A stretch of 64,000 nt of DNA from Tubulanus polymorphus. Taxonomy: Eukaryota > Animalia > Nemertea. Every line of letters begins with the position of its first letter. The first letter of the stretch is position 1. The translations under genes and the position numbers were made by a program. The DNA is taken from the NCBI RefSeq assembly GCF_964204645.1, contig NC_134030.1:17360110-17424109 (forward strand), given 5' to 3'. Positions 13,681 through 26,482 of this stretch are shown here, piece by piece. Under the pieces are notes generated by a model. That model saw only the letters and a list, made by a program, of their open reading frames with translations. It had not been told where the DNA came from and searched no databases.

Positions 13681-14417
13681 TTTCTTATTTATCTTCTTAT
13701 TTCATGATTAGTACATGTAAATTTAAACACACAAACTTATATTTATTAAGATAATAAAACTCTTTAATATTATTCTTTTCGTTTTTTTATTACATCGTTT
13801 GTGCCAGATTAAAAATTCTTTAAGAAATCCTCCTTTTCAGCAACGGCAACAGAATGCGAACATAATTAGTGAAATTTGTACTGCGGGCACGTAGACGTAA
13901 ATTTGTTCCGTTGTAAATAGAAGTTTAGCTGATTGTTTATATCTGGACTTTCACCAACTAGGCCTAAACTAGATTGGGTTATTTTGACTTGGTGCATCGG
14001 AAATATGATCATCAAAACTAAGAACATAGTCAGCCTTTATCCAAATCCATTTCAAAACTGCTTCATTAGTCTTGACTGAGTAGAAAGATTTAACTTCGTT
14101 AAATGATACTGAAAAGGAATGGGTACCAGAGGTACCATCAATATCAGATGGAGAATTAAGCAATTCGTGCATACTTACACAATTTGCTTTCTTCAAAATC
14201 TGTTTTCTTATTGGTCAATGCTTTTGTCAAAGAAGGAAGGGTATATAAAATATGTTTGAACTCATCTCTAACTTTTATACTTTCACCGGCATATGCCAAA
14301 GCTACGAATGTTATCTCTTTCATATAATTTCGGAAGAGTATCCAGATAGTTAAATAATAATAAGAACGCAACTATCACAATCTTCATGATGATAATGAGT
14401 TTATTTACATTTTCATA

Positions 14418-14465
14418 CGTTTCGATCGATTTCGACTCATCTCTTCGAGTCCTTTTCAAGAAATG
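14418..14465 (-). ncRNA. Minimal type I hammerhead ribozyme motif (U3-A8 variant) in the Penelope 3' region
   Basis: cauuuc-UUGAAAA-g-gacuc(gaagagau)gaguc-GAAA-ucg-AUC-gaaacg, followed by AATAAA, downstream of the GIY-YIG ORF. Confidence 0.6.
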
Positions 14466-14583
14466 ACATGAAAAGATACAAACTATGTATAGTATACTGT
14501 TACTAATTACAGAGAATATCATGCAGGCGTGAAGTGGCCTAGTTTACAAAGTACAAATGGATTATAAACATATCAAAATGCGT

Positions 14584-15105
14584 TCAGTAAAAATGAGATA
14601 CCATGTGTGGAGAGTTGTTAGTTAATACTTGGTTTTTGGATTTTTTATATAATGCCTCTTTGATGGTGATTTCAAAGTCATTTTTTCCAGAATCCACGAT
14701 TGAAAAGTTGTTTTTTAAAGAAAAATTTGATGCACAATTTTTACATGATGTTAAATGTTCCTTAATTGCTGAAGGCGAAGTTCCATGCTCCTCTACCCTT
14801 GTGGCCAAATGTCGCATCGTTTTACCAATGTATGTGTTATTTGCATCACGCAAACATTTGAATTTATAAATTACATTGGCCAACAAGGGTGAAGGAGTAT
14901 GGGACTTGAGTGAAAAGTAGTTCCTAATTTTGAAAGAAGTAAAGACAATACGAATATCCACGTTGTAATATTGTTTGAATAGACTCTTGAGTTTTCTGCT
15001 AAATATAATTGAAGGGAGGCCTATGTAAGGAACGAAAAAAAGTGTTTCGACCTTATCTTCCCTGACCATACTAGCGGGAGTATCTTCACTACATTTACTA
15101 TTCAA
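14584..15105 (-). mobile_element. Penelope-like element, 5'-truncated; GIY-YIG endonuclease
   Basis: VPYIG...NVIYKFKC...TYIGKTMRHLATRVEEH...IKEAL. Confidence 0.9.
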
Positions 15106-15411
15106 AAATCTTCTGTCTTAGAAGATTTGTTTAATTCGTGTCTTAGAAGATTTTTGAATAGTAAATGTAGTGATGATACTCCGAAATTCCCTATTAAAAA
15201 GAAAATCCCTACCAGTGAGTTTGGATTCATAATAGACGACAAAATTATTGTCAAAAAGTTTAAGCGTGATACGCCAAATCATGTGTGAAATTTGACATAA
15301 TGTGCTGATCGTGAACTTGAGACCATAATTTAGTAGCGCTGTGGACCAAATTATCCGTCTACATAATTCCGTGATTTTTAAAGAAGTGGTATTTTTGTGA
15401 GATTTTGGATC

Positions 15412-16022
15412 CGGTACTCGAAAAACGCCTAATGAAATACACCGAATCGGAAAACGCATAACGCCTAATTCCTAGAAAATGACCTAATTTCGTAATTGCA
15501 CCATCTACTGAGACTCACAATCCAACTCATCAACGGAACAGTTTGAAAATACATGTGTTTTACGCTTCACGAAACAAGACTAGTACTCTTATAAACTTCA
15601 TTATAGGATGATGATAGAATGTCCGCAGTGCAAGCGATTAATTACATAACGCCATAGAAGTGTAAACTGAAGCAGTTTACACTTCTATGATAACACGAAA
15701 ACAAACGCCGCGGTTATAAACCGGCTTTCTTGAATTTTGAAACCGGAATGCATAAATATGGTACAACCTACGCTCGTAGGTACAACGCACACAAAGACTG
15801 ATAAAATAGCCTTTCTCAAAATTATCCTCCAAAACTGTTCACAACCACGCTAATGTGAACCTACCGAACCAATGAGAGACTAAATAATGTCCAGCCCCTG
15901 AACTTCCTTGAACAAAAGATAATAAACTATATGTTCCATATAAAAATATGATGTCTTTTATTATCATATATGTTATGCGTTTTCCGATTCGGTGTTTTTC
16001 ATTAGGCGTTTTTCGAATACCG
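15412..16022. mobile_element. MITE with about 50-bp terminal inverted repeats
   Basis: cggtactcgaaaaacgcctaatgaaa...gcataac at the left end, with its reverse complement at 15972-16022. Confidence 0.75.
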
Positions 16023-17160
16023 TAGTTTATATACCGGTATATATTCTCCGCGCACCAGATACACCTCACGAGCGCGTTGTTCTTTCAAAATGATGCCTTT
16101 TTAGGGTTGGTCATTTCTGAAACGTTGGTTTATCCCAAAAGAAACGAAAACACCGACGTAATACCACATAAGTTATAATAATATGTTTGATATTAGAGTA
16201 TAAATATACGGCGACCAATATACGGTGACTTTTACAGCAATTAATGGAGTTATGCACCATTCGCGGTTTTGAAACGAGTTGTTAATGGGATGCATGGTGG
16301 CTGTGATTTCGGGGTTCCAGCTCAGATGTACGAAATATTGAAAAAGTCAAGAGCCAAAGTAATCTACGTCCGTTTATTTAAGATTCCAGATGAGAGAGAA
16401 ATATGCTTAGGGGCAAAGATAGTTTAGCTCCCTTAGTCATCGTACATATAGATATAACTTATACTTAGCCAGCTAGCCATTAGTACAACAGCTCACCATA
16501 TATAGATAGTATACTGAAGTACTGGTTTTGCTTAACGGTGAATTTCCTTTGTATCAGCTGTTACTCCCGATACAGTTAGGACCAAAGTAACTCAATGTAC
16601 CCCCTTCCCTTGTCGGGTTGATATGATAATTTGGGAACTGCCGGCCCCGGGACCCAGATTAGTAGTGCAAGTCAACTTGAATCAATTAAAAACTTTCTAT
16701 AGATAAGGAGTATATTAAGTTGTCCAATTTGATGCTGTCAAAATGAGAAAATTTGTAAAACGAGAAGAAACAAGACCCAAAGACACTGACTCATTTTTTT
16801 TCAAAAAATCAGCTGGGGGCTTTTGGGGGAATGGAAATAAGATTAATATAATAATTAATATTATAGATAATAATAATTTTTTGTATTGGTTACAAAACCA
16901 GTCAGTAAGTATAAAATCCGTCTCGACGAAATGACAATCATTGAGAGACTCTAGCCGATTAAGTGGCCTTTATTTGATCGAACCTTGACCGTGAGGCACA
17001 GGATCAGGTCTTAGATTAAAAGGCACGCCTGCGGCCTTTCCTATCAACTCGCTAATTGAACGATTATGTTTGTTCTAGATGCAGACCTGGAACATCATTT
17101 AAAAGAGGTGTCTTGCAATATTCATACACTCCCGTACGACATATTAAGTACCAGAAATTC

Positions 17161-18291
17161 CGGTGTTGTCATATCGCGGAAAGACGGAATCGCGGAATTT
17201 TCCAAAAACGCGGAATTTCTTCATTTTTACTATAAATAGTAAACGGGTTTTCCCACGGGGATACCAACTGTCGGACAGGGCATCGGACCCAGGTTTTCAA
17301 CACCGGGAATTAGTATTTGATAATTTATTATATCGCCAGTCAACAACTTAACGATACTGTTCCAAATAATGTAGAACCTAGGCAATACGTGCTTTGCGAA
17401 TTCAGTGATACAGAGTATCGCTGCATTAACTGAAGGAATACAAATCGATGGTACGTAAACGTAGGATTTGTGATGACACCATGGGTCATTCTCCAGGACT
17501 CAGTTCCGAGTTAAGATTTGACTCTGGTCTCTGGATTTAAAACATTGGAAATGAATTGATTCTAAGTAACTCAGAGTTAACTCACAACTGTGGAACTGGA
17601 TCGATGTCAGACGAAAATAAATAGACATTATGTATATTTCATTCTGGCTTAGGATTGTTCATGCGTGTTGGGTGTCTACATTGTTGTTATAAGCAAATGT
17701 GGTTTATCTTTTAGAATTAAATGATATGAAAGATTATAAAATGGTTTCGTTTTTTAATGTTTACTTTGTGACTGCTATAACATATGTTCCTATGCTGATT
17801 ATTTGGATCAAAAGAATCTTATTGGTACCGGTACTGGACGAATTTGACGAAGGAATTTGAACCGGTACTTGTTTGGTCGTAGGATTTCATGTTTGCAACC
17901 ATCTACAACTACGGTCCGACACCGCGAACGTGCTCAATATTTATCTGATAATATTCGTTTCTGAAGTTCTCAAAAAGTCGATGAACTTCGATAACCGAAG
18001 TTTGCCTAGTAGAAATAGACATTAGGTGCCTGGTCTCTTTCACCCCACTTGATTCTGACTTCTTCTACAGGTGGCAGCCAGTCAACGGTATCGTAATATA
18101 ATAATTCCATATAAAATTGCCTGCAAATAATGGGACTCGAACCTAACTCGTTGCATCGATCGGTCCGGTGCCCTGTCCGACAGTGGGTATCCCCGTGGGA
18201 AAAACCCGTTTTCTATTTAAAGTAAAAACGAAGAAATTCCGCGTTTTTGGAAAATTCCGCGATTCCGTCTTTCCGCGATATGACAACACCG
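17161..18291. mobile_element. Non-autonomous DNA transposon, about 128-bp TIRs, 9-bp TSD (Mutator- or Merlin-like)
   Basis: Ends CGGTGTTGTC...GACAACACCG; CAGAAATTC duplicated at 17152-17160 and 18292-18300. Confidence 0.9.
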
Positions 18292-18359
18292 CAGAAATTC
18301 TAAATAATTAATCCTGTAAACTCATGTCACAATTTCTTACGGACTGTATCTACTGTATC

Positions 18360-18881
18360 TTCAGTAATATCCGCTTGAAAATTGATTTTGCAGTTCACTC
18401 GTCCATCTCTCATTACAGACTGATTGTATTGTACCTTCAGTCATCTCTCTTTATGTACTGATTGTACTGTGCAGTTATCTCCCCTTACATACTAATTGTA
18501 CTGTAACATCGTACTGTGCAGTCATCTCCCCTTACATACTAATTGTACTGTACCATCGGTCATTTCTCTTTACAGACTGATTGTACTTAACCCTCAGGCA
18601 TTTCACCTTGCAGACTGATTGCACTGTACCCTCAGTCATCTCCCTTTACAGACTTATTGTACTATAACATCGGTCATCTCTCTTCGCAGACTGATTGTAC
18701 TTAACCCTAAGACATCTCACCTTGCAGACTGATTGTACTGTACCCTTGGTCATCTCTCCTTACTGGCTAATGGTAATGAACCCTGAGTGGTCTCCCATTG
18801 CATACTGATTGTACTGTACCCTCAGTTATCTCTACTTACAGACAGATGTGCTAGACACATAATAATCAACTAAACTATGTA
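18360..18881. repeat. About 38-bp minisatellite array
   Basis: Unit cagactgattgtactgtaccctcagtcatctcccttta; also at 25453-25752 and 28016-28430. Confidence 0.9.
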
Positions 18882-19225
18882 TATTAGTTAGTTGGCTTAT
18901 TCAAATAGAAGAATATTAAAATGATACAAGAGTGATACTAACAGTTAAATTTATTTAATTTCTTTTTATATCTAGTCAATTCTATTCAGCCTATTGTTTA
19001 ACAAGGATTCAAAAAGATTTAAATAACAAAACAATAAGTTAAATAAGTTAGTGTTAGATAAAGTAACTTATTGTTTTTTTTATTTAAATCTGTTCGAATT
19101 CTATTCACGCTATTGGTTAAAAAGAATTGACTAGATTTAAAAGGAAATTAAATAACTTTAACTGTTAGTATCACTCTTGTATCATTTTAATATTTTTCTA
19201 TTTGAATAAGCCAAATAACTTATAT
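18882..19225. repeat. About 340-bp AT-rich imperfect palindrome
   Basis: ttggcttattcaaataga...gatacaagagtgatactaacag pairs with ctgttagtatcactcttgtatc...tctatttgaataagccaa. Confidence 0.9.
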
Positions 19226-19836
19226 CACTCTTGTATTATCCTAGTCAAATGTAAAGAAATTTAATATCATATATGAATAAATTTAAAAAGGTTCTTAATT
19301 ACCTCTACTTAAATTTAAAAAATAAAGCATAATATGTATTTAATACCATTAATACGTATTTAATACGTTAATACGTATTTAATACTTATTTAATACATTA
19401 ATACGTATTTAATACGTATTTAATGCGCATTTAATACATTAATACGTATTTAATACATTAATACCTCAACCCCCTTTTTCAATTAACTAATATTTCAGCC
19501 AATATTTTATATTTTCCCCCAATTTAACAGTCTATTTCGTGATTTAAAATTGAGTTTTTGAATATACAATCTACTCAATTTACTACTTAAATAGTTTAAC
19601 AATCTAGCGGATTCATTGTAATACTCTTTTAATAATGATAAATGTAAATATATAATTGAATATGATTTATACTTTTCCAAATATTTATAATAAATCTGTG
19701 AGATGAATAAATATTGAAACAGAAATATATATGATAAAACTATAAATATAAATCATTAATCTAAGTATAGAAATTTAAGTGAAAACATATAATTTATTCA
19801 TTTTTATATATTTCAGCCAATCTAACAGTCTATTGC

Positions 19837-20142
19837 CTAATTTGAATTATGTAACCTATCATTTAATTCGTGAATACATCTATGATTTCTGAAAATCTTT
19901 TTATTTTTATATTTTTTATTGCATATTTCACAACACTTAATATTATTCAATCTATCTGAGATATAATTTATATCATCTTTTAATTCTGTATAATTAATTA
20001 TACAGTTATCATAGAATTCTAACAGCTGTTTCAAACTATAAACTGAAAAAGAAACTAATCCTGCAAGCATAATAATTGATTTAATATTCTGTTGATTTTT
20101 ATAAATAAGGTGTAATATTTCTAATACCTTACTCTCACTCAT
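19837..20142 (-). CDS. Small virus-like protein with a hydrophobic segment and a C2HC-like zinc finger
   Basis: Open ORF in very AT-rich DNA, ATAAAAATG start, IIMLAGLVSFSVY, CEICNKKYKNKKIFRNHRC. Confidence 0.55.
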   Translation of the reverse strand: MSESKVLEILHLIYKNQQNIKSIIMLAGLVSFSVYSLKQLLEFYDNCIINYTELKDDINYISDRLNNIKCCEICNKKYKNKKIFRNHRCIHELNDRLHNSN

Positions 20143-20189
20143 TTTTATAGTTAAAATATATGAAATAAATTAGATTAAAAGATTCTGTC

Positions 20190-20408
20190 TTATTCCTCCA
20201 AATCATTTAAAAAATTAACTTTTTTATCGTAATTTTTTCTGTGATTGTTTCCATTTAATTTCTTTAATTTCTGGCTCAATTGTATATTTTCATTCATCAA
20301 ATTTTTACTAAGATTCTCATAGTAAAAGAAAAGCGCAGCCAATATTAAACCTCCAGCAACTAAATAATGTTTTAAATCACTTTTCCTAGTTGGAATGAAA
20401 CCATCCAT
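20190..20408 (-). CDS. Small virus-like membrane/coiled-coil protein
   Basis: TAAATG start; YLVAGGLILAALFFYY followed by a heptad-like segment. Confidence 0.5.
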   Translation of the reverse strand: MDGFIPTRKSDLKHYLVAGGLILAALFFYYENLSKNLMNENIQLSQKLKKLNGNNHRKNYDKKVNFLNDLEE

Positions 20409-20578
20409 TTATTAAAAGAAAAAAACTAAAAGATTAATAAGTAATTTGATTTATATTTAAAAAATATTAAACTTTTATATGTTTCAAATCAAATAACAAT
20501 TTAACTTACCTAACAGTTATTCATAAACTAATTTCTCAATGCCTTAACTACTATACAATTGAAACATACAGCTTAATC

Positions 20579-21218
20579 TTATTTCAATACATATTTATTA
20601 TTCTTTTCATATTCGATATGTTTAACTGTTTGATAATATTTTGATTCATGTGATCTTAAATATTTACCTCCATAATCACAATACACTTTTTCATTAGGAT
20701 TGAATTTGCTAAATTCATCATCTAAATAACATTGAACTGCAATATCTTTATAAGAATTATTATTAACTGATTCACATTGAATTCCAATATTTGATGAATT
20801 TTCATTATAGATAATTTGTTTATTATCAAAGTTGAAATAATATAATTGTCTTTTTTTCAATTCTTAAGTTAATCAAATCATTATAATCTTTTGAAAGTAT
20901 TATATCACTTTTTCTTTCATTGAAAGGAATTTTAAGAATATTTATTATGTTTTCATCTAAAGTTCCTTTAAAATTTAAAACTGTATTAAATATTTTAGGA
21001 TTTCTGATTCCATTATCAAAAGTATCTACTACTTCAGTAATTAAATATGTTTCATTTGATAATATTTGATTAATTACAGTAATATTATCAATTTTATAAT
21101 GTCTTGCGGACACTAAATTTGTTGCTGAAATATAATTTCTAATGTTAAACTGTGAAAATAATGTATCGGTTTCTTTTATTTCGATTTTGAATTTAGGTAC
21201 TTCTTCTTCTGTCTTCAT
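20579..21218 (-). pseudogene. Frameshifted virus-like ORF with a decayed C-terminal zinc finger
   Basis: Two overlapping ORFs (20826-21218 and 20579-20860) meet at an A run; ATAAAAATG start; KVYCDYGGKYLRSHESKYYQTVKH. Confidence 0.5.
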
Positions 21219-21508
21219 TTTTATAACCTAACTTTCACTAAAACTCATTCAAATATAAATATTCACTTTTTTAAATATAAATTATTTCACTCACACTTTA
21301 CTCACACTTTTTATGTTTAAAAATAAGAATTTAACTCATATAAATATAAATATTCACTGTTTTCAATATGAATTATTTCACTCACACTTTACTCACACTT
21401 TTTGTGTTTAAAATTGATTTTTTTATTGCTACAATCTATATTTGATCTTATTTTTCTAGATTATTATGCTAACATTTTACTCTCACTTTTAAAACATGAA
21501 TATTTTAA

Positions 21509-21660
21509 GAGTAATTGGGAATATGAGGGGTCATATCAAATGTTGAAGGGGCGAGTGAGTAAAAAATAAAAACAAATTCGAGCGTGCGAGAATTTATTTT
21601 TATTTTTTACGAGCTCGACCCTTCGACCTTTAGTATGAACCCCCATATTCCCAATTACTC
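21509..21660. mobile_element. Short palindromic MITE
   Basis: gagtaattgggaatatg...catattcccaattactc. Confidence 0.75.
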
Positions 21661-21664
21661 ATAC

Positions 21665-22282
21665 TTGACATGGCGAGAATAATGATTAATATAATTAATA
21701 TAATGTATTTCATTTTACCTTGATAAGATCACTATTAATTCGAGACTTTCAGAATGTCGTTAAACACAATTCTTATCCTAGTTCCAAATGTATCTTTGCC
21801 TTCACGGTTGTTGGTAACCGTCATCAATTAAAGACCAAAATCAATCAATATCTGCTCTTTCAAGACTCTGGATCTCTTTTGTAGAGAGAATTGACATTCT
21901 TGAGATTCTGATTCCCTTACTGATGGTCATCCCATTTTGGCAAGGAGATGTGTTGGAAGCCAATCTCTACCAGCAATGCTGTGAGGGGTTACAGTGTTCT
22001 AGACCGGATCTTCGATCCTGGTTCTTGACTTCTCATAATGTTCCCGTCCATAACTTGAACGACTTCTTGAGTTATCTATTCGTATTTATTCTCTCTTAAC
22101 CAGATGTGTACATTCTTTCTCCCCCGAGCTCCCTTCTTTCTTGAGTTATCTATTCGTATTTATTCTCTCTTAACCAGATGTGTAAAATCTTTCTCCCCCG
22201 AGCTCCCGTCTTTCTTAAACCTTTATCTCTTCTGGCAAGCCTCCTTAAGCCTCAAAGCTTTCTAACCCCCCCCCCCTAAGCT
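21665..22282 (-). repeat. Composite LTR remnant (module D joined to a diverged A-type R-U5)
   Basis: Same order as 250-1295; contains an internal duplication of about 75 bp (22064-22213). Confidence 0.65.
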
Positions 22283-25200
22283 TTAAACGTATATATGTTC
22301 GATTAGCCCCCTGTGAGCCTCGCCCCGTATTCTGGGACCGAAACTGACCCCTACCCGATTTTTGGGACGGTGATTATTACGCTGAAATGTTTCCCAGTTT
22401 GGTGAGACGTGCGACCTTTGTTGGTCATAACGCCAAGTTGGACAATTCCTGGCGTAATGACAGGGGGCGTGACATTGATAGCACACCACATGCTCATCTT
22501 GTGACCCTTGTGATGGACGATTTTCACTCACTATGATTAGTTCCTCTATCGTCCATGATCTGGCGGAACATGTCCCGTAACTCAGTCATGACATCTCCTA
22601 TCGCCTTATTTGGTTCGGTCCCAATTTGCGATACCTTGGGAGAAGACGGAGCCTTTCGCTGTGCAATATGTTCAGCCATTCCCGCTGCTTCCCATGCATC
22701 CCTTAACGTCGTAGGACGCTACCACAACAGGTAGACTGAAATGTCAGGCCGAGAGTTATTGAACAATAGCATCTTTTACTGATGGTCTGAAAATTTCAAA
22801 CTTGAGGCCACACGATCAATCTCCTCCGCAAACCTATCGACCGGTTGGGTTTCCCCCTCTTGCATTGTCGTCAAGGCTGACTCCTTGACGAAGGCCCACG
22901 AGGTGGGGCTGAATTGTGTACAAAATGCATGGACAATATGGTCCCTGGGAGTGACAATTTTAGCACCGGTCGAATCAGTTCCCTGAACAATGCGGAGGTC
23001 ATTAAATAGAACTAGGGCTGGTCCAGCTAAAAACCAGTATAACTGTTTCTTTTTGGCGGTTTCGTCCCAGCCTCTCAGATCGGCCAAACGATTGAACCTC
23101 TGAACCAATCAGAGACGCACTGACTGTCCCGTCCCGTTAATTTAGGGAGCATGGAGAAGTTCTTTAACGCGGTGGCCGTATCCACCTGTTCGCGTAGGCC
23201 CGAGAGGGCCTCCAAAACCGTGTTATTACTAATTGGGGCGGGGGTGACCCTGTGGGTCCCCGTCGGTAGGGGTTTGCCCCTGCAAACCACCCACATAGTC
23301 CGTTGTATGTTGTCCAGGGTCTAGTTGCCATCTTTGAACCAGAGTAAATCAAATTATTATTGACCCCTCCTATGATACTATTTTAAATATTAAACCTGAT
23401 CCTGAAGATCAGCCCAACGAAGCAGGTTTTCCCAAGTACGGGCAACCTCCTCCACCGTAAATTCTTCGCTTAATAATGACGAAAGAATCTCGTCAATCGC
23501 CTCAAAATTCCACGCGGTGCAAGGGCTAAAGGCAGACTGACTTTCCAAAAATTGGCCTCCCCGCTGGGCGACAGATCCAATGGTTGGTCAACCGCAGATG
23601 CACCTAAGGACAGGTCTAGTGGAAAAATTTTGGAGAGGTGTGCCTAAAGGTCCGCCCAACACCTGGCCCGCTACGGGCGTATCTACTACTAACAGTCTGT
23701 TTTCAAAAGATCGATCTACAGACAGGTCTACTGGTTGCTCCATGTCGGATTGACCAACCAGGCCGCACCGAACAACAGCACGAAAAACTTGAGCCGCTGG
23801 AACTGGTTGATCCAGCCGATGACGGCGGCCGTGTGGAAGGTTCACCAGTCCGTTTCGAGCTCTACCGGTTCGAATCCGTACTCGAAGGACTTAGGGGCGG
23901 AGAAGGGGTCACTGAAAGTAAACAAGTACAATTTATCCGGTCCTCAAAAACCGTTAACGTAGGGCCCGCAGAATACAAACAGCTATCCGAAAAGTCTGAA
24001 GACTGAGAAGTTGGAGTCCCAGCACTGGTCCCAGGAGGAGTTTGCGCAACAGCTGTTATGGACGGTGCTGTAGGTGCCACATTCACAGTAGCGAGGCACC
24101 TTTTCCGAGGTAGTGTACTCCAATAACCAGTGCTACGACGTTTGTTTGTGCACCTAACCGTAATCGGCCCCAACATCAATGTACTAACTCACAGATAATA
24201 AGTAAAACAAAACAACAATTTAAAATCTAAAATTAAAATAAATAAATAAATAAATAAATAATAAATTTAAATTAAAGTAAAATTATACAATATGAATATA
24301 ATATCTTATAACGATCTAATAAATCTAATAATCTAATAATGATCTAATAATCTAATAAATAAACCCCAGTTTATTCAAAATAGCTGTATATTCGCGACTT
24401 GTCAGCCAACAAAACGTTGTGATAAGGTTCGAATCCTATAGTGTCTGTCCAAAGCTCCGTTGGTGGTTCCCTCGGTGCTGGGTGGGTTCGAATCCCACAG
24501 TGGCTCCCTTAAATGAGCTGGTACCTCCCAAGTAGACTTGGGAACTGGGGCAAGCGTATGTGTCTTGTAAACCGTTGCCCCACAGTGACCACACTTCAAC
24601 CCAACGGACATGAACCAACCACAATAAAAAAAAACAAACAAATAATAAATGAATAAATATCTAACCAAATAACACTCAGGCAATCGTGATGATATTAATT
24701 GACTGGTATCTATAATACCCCACTTAGTCTATACTGGACAAAGAAAGTAGCCGTCTGCGTCTTTATCACCAAAGAACAACTCGGCTGGATTCGCAAAATC
24801 GTGAAAGAAATGCGCCCAAAATGGGTGAAATGCCTAAGGGTTCGAATCCCTTAAAGTGATGGAAGCTGGCACCTTGTGCTGTGTAGCAGTTAGGTTAGAA
24901 TCCAACAAAGGCTCATCAGGGACGGCCAAAGTCGGCAGTGGTCTCGAATCCGATAACGGCTCCCGATGTTCTTCCGGAATCTCGAATGGTCGTGCACTTC
25001 GTGCGTTCGAATCCCGCAATGTCTCAACAGAGACGACCGGAGTTGGCAGTGGGTTCGACTCCCACAACATCTACCACGATTATAGAGACTTTGTTCTTAA
25101 TTAACATCCAAAATACTCTAATTAAATATATTTTCAAAACTTTGTTTTCATCACAAATTACGGTACAAGCTCATTGTTTCTTTTCGACTTATCATTATTA

Positions 25201-25452
25201 CTTTTGAGTCGGAAATACGTTGTGATCAATTATCATTCTTAAAATCATTCTATAACTGTTATACTAATTTTATTACAATACGGGATAAAGCAAAACAACA
25301 ATGTCTCCCCATACTTCAGTTTTTCTTTTTATAGAAAGTACAACCTGCTTACTACATTGTTTGTTGTCTGACACCCATTCATAACCACCGACCATACAGG
25401 AAATCAACATTACAAACATTTTTTAGCTACTACGAAATCTTGCTGCGGCTCA
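22283..25452 (-). mobile_element. Decayed family A copy: truncated 5' LTR, accessory ORFs a, b and c, gag
   Basis: LTR start TGAGCCGCAGCAAG at 25452; DSNP repeats; PVDLS and PLDLS; gag with CYQCHAPCHYARNC. The distal LTR half and PBS are deleted. Confidence 0.9.
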
Positions 25453-25752
25453 GTACTTAACCCTCAGGCATCTCACCTTGCAGGCTGATTGTACTGTACC
25501 CTCAGTCATCTCCCTTTACAGACATATTGTACTATATCATCGGTCATCTCTCTTTACAGACTGATTGTACTTAACCCTAAGACATCTCACCTTGCAGACT
25601 GATTGTACTGTACCCTCGGTCATCTCTCCTTACAGGCTGATTGTATTGAACCCTGAGTGGTCTCCCATTGCATACTGATTGTACTGTGGCCCCACTTATC
25701 TCTCCTTACAGACAGATGTGCTAGACACATTATAATCAACTAAACTATGTAT
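25453..25752. repeat. 38-bp minisatellite block
   Basis: Nearly identical to 18583-18881, including the unique tail gctagacacat...actaaactatgtat. Confidence 0.9.
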
Positions 25753-25865
25753 CTACGTAGCATCTGTATTAATTTACGTTGGTGACTGGGGTCGAAGTAC
25801 GTTGAGCAAACCATCTGATATCGGTTAAAATCGCAGTTGCGAGTTGAAGAAAATGGGGAGGAGGT

Positions 25866-26482
25866 TCTGATTCCCTTACTCATGGTCATCCCATTTTGGC
25901 AAGGAGATGTTGTGGAAGCCAATCTCTACCAGCGATGGTGTGAGGGGTTACAGTGTTCTAGGCCGGATCTTCAATCCAGGTTCTTGACTTCTCATTATGT
26001 TCCCGTCTATAACTTGAACCACCTCTTAAGTTATCTATTCGTATTTATTCTATCTTAACCAGATGTGTACAATCTTTCCCCCCGAGCTCCCTTCTTTCTC
26101 AAACCTTTCTCTCTTCTCTCAAGCCTCCTTAAACCTCTAAGCTTTCTTAACCCCCCCCCCCCCCTAAGCTTTAAACGCTCCTTTTTTTCTCTTACACACA
26201 TGGCTAGGAATTCATGGATTGTGACGTATTCATGCGTCACAACATTTCCCCAATCAATGTATGGGGTGTTGACGTATCTACACACGTCACAATAACCTAA
26301 ACATATCTTTTGCCTCATCGGAGCTCACGGCCGCACCATATTAGGTTTTCCTACGTAGACACATACGTCACTTCCAGACTTGTTTATCTATATTACTTCT
26401 ATCTATGTTTATGTATGAGGTATGCATCCACGCAGGTTTCCTGGTAACTACACTACTGGCCATGAACTTCAGCATCCGTACA
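25866..26482 (-). repeat. LTR-like module D
   Basis: Homologous to 770-1295 and 21910-22282. Confidence 0.75.

Noticed and set aside
26055-26318. Cys-containing ORF MRQKICLGYCDVC
   Set aside because: It lies in promoter module D; other copies have indels and stops, and the conserved features are TGACGT sites, TATA and AATAAA.
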